From: Zygnema circumcarinatum SAG 698-1b | Taxonomy: Eukaryota; Plantae; Zygnematophyceae | Assembly: GCA_037447605.1 (NCBI GenBank) | Contig: JBBHKD010000048.1 | Span: 1-12,493, forward strand | Direction of reading: 5' to 3' | DNA: 12,493 nucleotides | Translations under genes and position numbers: made by a program | The notes under the pieces: generated by a model | Told to the model about the DNA's origin: nothing | The model's database searches: none | The model's input: only the letters and a program-made list of their open reading frames with translations | Part shown: piece by piece, positions 9,892 through 12,493 of the stretch | Layout of the letters: every line of letters begins with the position of its first letter | Numbering within the stretch: position 1 is the first letter of the stretch

Positions 9892-10010
9892 GTGGTGCGA
9901 TCATACCTAGGCTACTACGCCGGATCCCATCAGAACTCCGCAGCTAAGCGCCAGTGGGCCGGAATAGTACTGGGATGGGTGACCTCCCGGGAAGTCCCGG
10001 TGTCGCACCC
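9892..10010 (+). rRNA. 5S rRNA: Cytosolic 5S rRNA gene, apparently intact (119 nt), copy 8
   Basis: GTGGTGCGATCATACC...CCGGATCCCATCAGAACTCCGCAGCTAAGCG...AGTACTGGGATGGGTGACCTCCCGGGAAGTCCCGGTGTCGCACCC matches the land-plant 5S pattern. Helix I (GGTGCGAT/GTCGCACC), helix III (GCCGGA/TCCG[CA]GC) and helices IV/V (GCCGG/CCGGT, CTGGGA/TCCCGG) all pair. A-box and C-box are present and a T6 tract follows. The +1 position is inferred (G after C). Confidence 0.95.
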
Positions 10011-10015
10011 ACATC

Positions 10016-10040
10016 TTTTTTACTCTTTTCTTCCATTTTT
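10016..10040 (+). terminator. RNA polymerase III terminator (T6 plus backup T4/T5 runs); equivalent tract after every complete 5S copy
   Basis: TTTTTTACTCTTTTCTTCCATTTTT starts 5 nt after the 5S 3' end. Runs of four or more T terminate Pol III (established). Confidence 0.88.
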
Positions 10041-10782
10041 GGAAATGGTCAAACATCAACATCGATGGTGTGACCAATCATGTTGGACATTGTTCTTGAC
10101 ACATTCTTGGTACGTCACAAGGTGGCGTAGGGCAGAACTTCTAACGTCTCACCGGCAAGCCCGGTCGAAGCAACAATTGCCGCAAATGGTTGGAACCATC
10201 GCCGCCCGGACCGACACAACCATTGCCTACGGTTGCAACCATTGGCAATGGTTGGTTTTCAATGTTGCCAACCATTGCCGCCCGCCGGCCCTTGAATTCC
10301 AAGATTGCCAACCATTGGCAATAGTTGTTTAGGGCTGGCGGCAATGGTTGGCAACGATTGAAAACCTTTGCCAATGTTTGCAACCACTGAATTCCCAGGT
10401 CGCCAACCATTGCGACGGGACATAAACAAACAACGATTGCCAATGGTTGCAACCATACCATTACTGCGATACGGTTGCCACCATTGGCAATGAACTTCGA
10501 TTAGCAACCATTGCGCCCGGCCTTCAGTCCCAAGGTTGCCAACCATTGGCGTCGTTGTTTAGGGCGGCGGCAATGGTTGGCAACATGGAAACATTGCCAA
10601 TGGTTGCAACCATTGAATTCCGGGTTGCCAACCATTCGCGGCCGGGACGAGAGAGCAACCATTGCCCTTGGTTCCAACCATTGCGCCCGGTCTAAACAAC
10701 CATTGCCGAAGGAGTCCGATAATGTGCTTCACGGAAGGAGAAAGCGAAAAAAAGCGAACAAGAGCACGCGTCGTTACACCGC

Positions 10783-10897
10783 GTAGATGCGGAATCATAC
10801 CTGAGCTACTCACGCCGGATCCCATCAGAACTCGCAGCTAGCTGTGGGCGGGCGAAATGCGGGATGGGTGACCTCGGGAAGTCGATTAATGGCACCC
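10783..10897 (+). pseudogene. Degenerate 5S rRNA copy 9
   Basis: GCCGGATCCCATCAGAACT and GGGATGGGTGACCTC are retained, with the variant 3' end GAAGTCGATTAATGGCACCC. Confidence 0.8.
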
Positions 10898-11683
10898 ACC
10901 TTTTTACTCTTTTCTTTCATTTTTTTTTGGAAATGGTCAAACATCAACTTGCTCGATGGTGGAAGGTAATCGTATTGTTGGACATTGTTCTTGACACATT
11001 CTTGGTGGCGTCACAAGGTGGCGTAGCAGCTGAACTGCTTGTCTCGCAAGCGGTCCGAAAGCGGCAATTGCCAAATGGTTGGAACCATGCGCCCGCCCGG
11101 ACCGACACAACCATTGCCTACGGTTGATTTGCAACCATTGGCGATGGTTGGTTCAATGTTGCCAACCATTGCGCCCGCCCGACCCTTGGTCAAGATTGCC
11201 AACCATTGGCAATAGTTGTTTAGAGGCTGGCCGACGTGGTTGGCAACGATGTTCGCGTGGCCATCATTGCAACCAGCGCATTCCAAGATTAAGCCAACCA
11301 TTCGCGGCGGAGACGAAGCAAACAACGATTGCCAATGGTTGCAACCATACCATTACTGCTTGATGCGGTTGCCACCGACGTGGCAATGAACACAGCAACC
11401 ATTGCCGCCCGGCCCATCCAATTCCAAGGTTGCCAACCATTGGCGATCGTTGTTTAGGGCGGCAATGGTTGGCTTATAAACAGTACCAATGGTTGCAACC
11501 ATTGAATTCGAGGTTGCCAACCACGTGCGGCCGGGACCCGGAAACAACCATTGCCACTGGTTCCAACCATTGCCGCCGGTCCTAAACAACCATTGCCGAA
11601 AGGAGGCGTCCGATGTCTTCCCTCGAAAGGAGAAAAGAAAACAGAAAAAACCAGCAAAGTGTGACACTTGCACGTCCGTACAC

Positions 11684-11772
11684 GTGGTGCGATCATACCT
11701 AGGCTACTACGCCGGATCCCATCAGAACTCCGCAGCTAAGCGCCAGTGGGCCGGAATAGTACTGGGATGGGT
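11684..11772 (+). pseudogene. 5S rRNA: 5S rRNA gene copy 10, truncated after 89 nt by an LTR-like insertion
   Basis: Identical to the first 89 nt of copy 8. It ends at ...GGGATGGGT and is followed directly by TGTTGTTGCAGC instead of GACCTCCC. Confidence 0.93.
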
Positions 11773-12493
11773 TGTTGTTGCAGCGCCCTCCCTTGGTGGG
11801 GCTGCCACTTCTCCTCTACCTTGGGTAGAACTCGACATCTTCAATGAATTGCTCAATCACACAAAGCACACTAAATGCAAAGAGGAACAGCTTCAGTAGG
11901 AAATATGAAAATGTAAGGAGAAAATACCAGCCTAAAACTCCTTAAGATAAAGATGAAATACAACTTGACAACACTAGAGCCTAGCTTCAAGCACCTCTAC
12001 TCAAGCTAAATTGAATAAACCACCAGCTACAAAAGGCTGAACTCTTCCCACTATCTCCTTGGCCCTAAGCAAGATAGCCTCTTGCCAATGTGAGGAGTCA
12101 CGAGAAGGTGCTTCTGCAAACAATCTAACCGCCGTACAATATGGCCATTGAAGCATTGTCGTCACGGCCGCACATGCTACGCCTTGCAAGACCCTTATCC
12201 CGATCCCCAATCTCGGCGGCCCGTCGGATCCTCCTCGGCTTGCAGGATCCGGCCACATCAATGCCGTCGAGATCGCCTCGACACTATCTCCATCCGAGGT
12301 CCTCCACGTAGGATCCTGACCTCTTACTTGGCGTCATGTATGGGACCCGTAAGCCCTGGCGCCACCCGACCTAGGCGTCACAGGGCCTTCCCTTTCACCA
12401 CGACATGGCAAAGCCTTCCGATTCGCCCTTTGTCCTCCAAATGAACATTCGCATTTCCATTACCTTATGGAGTTACGCTCCAGCGCTGATTAG
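11773..12493 (-). mobile_element. LTR of a second, related LTR retrotransposon inserted into a 5S gene; probably continues beyond the window
   Basis: Begins with a canonical TGTTG exactly where 5S homology stops. It shares collinear blocks with the left LTR at a constant offset: GCCTAAAACTCC at 2885/11930 (9045) and ATGCxxCGCCTTGC at 3131/12174 (9043), plus AAGCACC and CGGATCCxCCxCGGCT blocks. Confidence 0.7.

Larger units (their letters stand above)
3474..11772 (+). repeat. Tandem 5S rDNA array, ~0.9-kb unit (5S gene + ~780-bp non-transcribed spacer), ~9.3 units with 10 gene copies
   Basis: The anchor (A)TGGTCAAACATCAAC recurs at 3767, 4648, 5533, 6429, 7337, 8247, 9154, 10045 and 10933 (spacings 881, 885, 896, 908, 910, 907, 891, 888). 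Each unit has a 5S-like sequence, an oligo-T tract and a homologous spacer. Confidence 0.97.

Noticed and set aside
3474-11772. Dozens of ORFs with repeated peptides (PTIANGCNH, WLQPLAM, VATIGNG), including 351 aa at 6560-7615
   Set aside because: They are translations of the stop-poor palindromic spacer motif in all six frames. Frames are not conserved between units and some run through 5S genes.
3474-11772. CRISPR array or bacterial REP/iteron cluster suggested by the short palindromic repeats
   Set aside because: There are no unique spacers of constant length, the intervening sequence repeats every ~900 bp, no cas genes are present, and the context is eukaryotic (plant 5S, copia).
3474-11772. 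Tandem Cassandra TRIM array or 5S-derived SINE3
   Set aside because: Units carry full-length 5S with both helix I strands and an immediate oligo-T terminator. I see no PBS (TGGTATCAGAGC), PPT, TG...CA LTR structure, tail or TSD within the units.
2778-12493. Composite element with the 5S block as cargo between two direct LTRs
   Set aside because: The LTRs share only patchy similarity and there is no PBS or PPT at the inner junctions. The left LTR belongs to the element extending leftwards.

Overview
Plant nuclear repetitive DNA with no intact protein-coding gene. The centre (3474-11772) is a head-to-tail 5S rDNA array on the + strand. It has ten 5S gene copies spaced about 880-910 bp apart, each complete copy followed by an oligo-T Pol III terminator. 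Only the copy at 9892-10010 looks fully intact. The copy at 11684 is identical to it but is cut after 89 nt, and the rest are degenerate. The 5S sequence resembles the type I recall from seedless land plants (inference). The ~780-bp spacer is unusual: it is built from a 9-bp CAACCATTG/CAATGGTTG motif in alternating orientation, giving perfect palindromes, a ~230-bp internal duplication and a ~150-bp foldback. This spacer explains all the short ORFs in the ORF track. On the left is a heavily frameshifted minus-strand Ty1/copia element (LTR ~2778-3473, degenerate PBS, gag with two zinc knuckles, protease, integrase). It appears to lack reverse transcriptase and to reach a PPT and 3' LTR at about 103/102. 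On the right, a related LTR (TGTTG at 11773) interrupts the C-box of the last 5S gene. Indel density and base-biased substitution bursts suggest that part of the apparent decay may be sequencing or assembly error.
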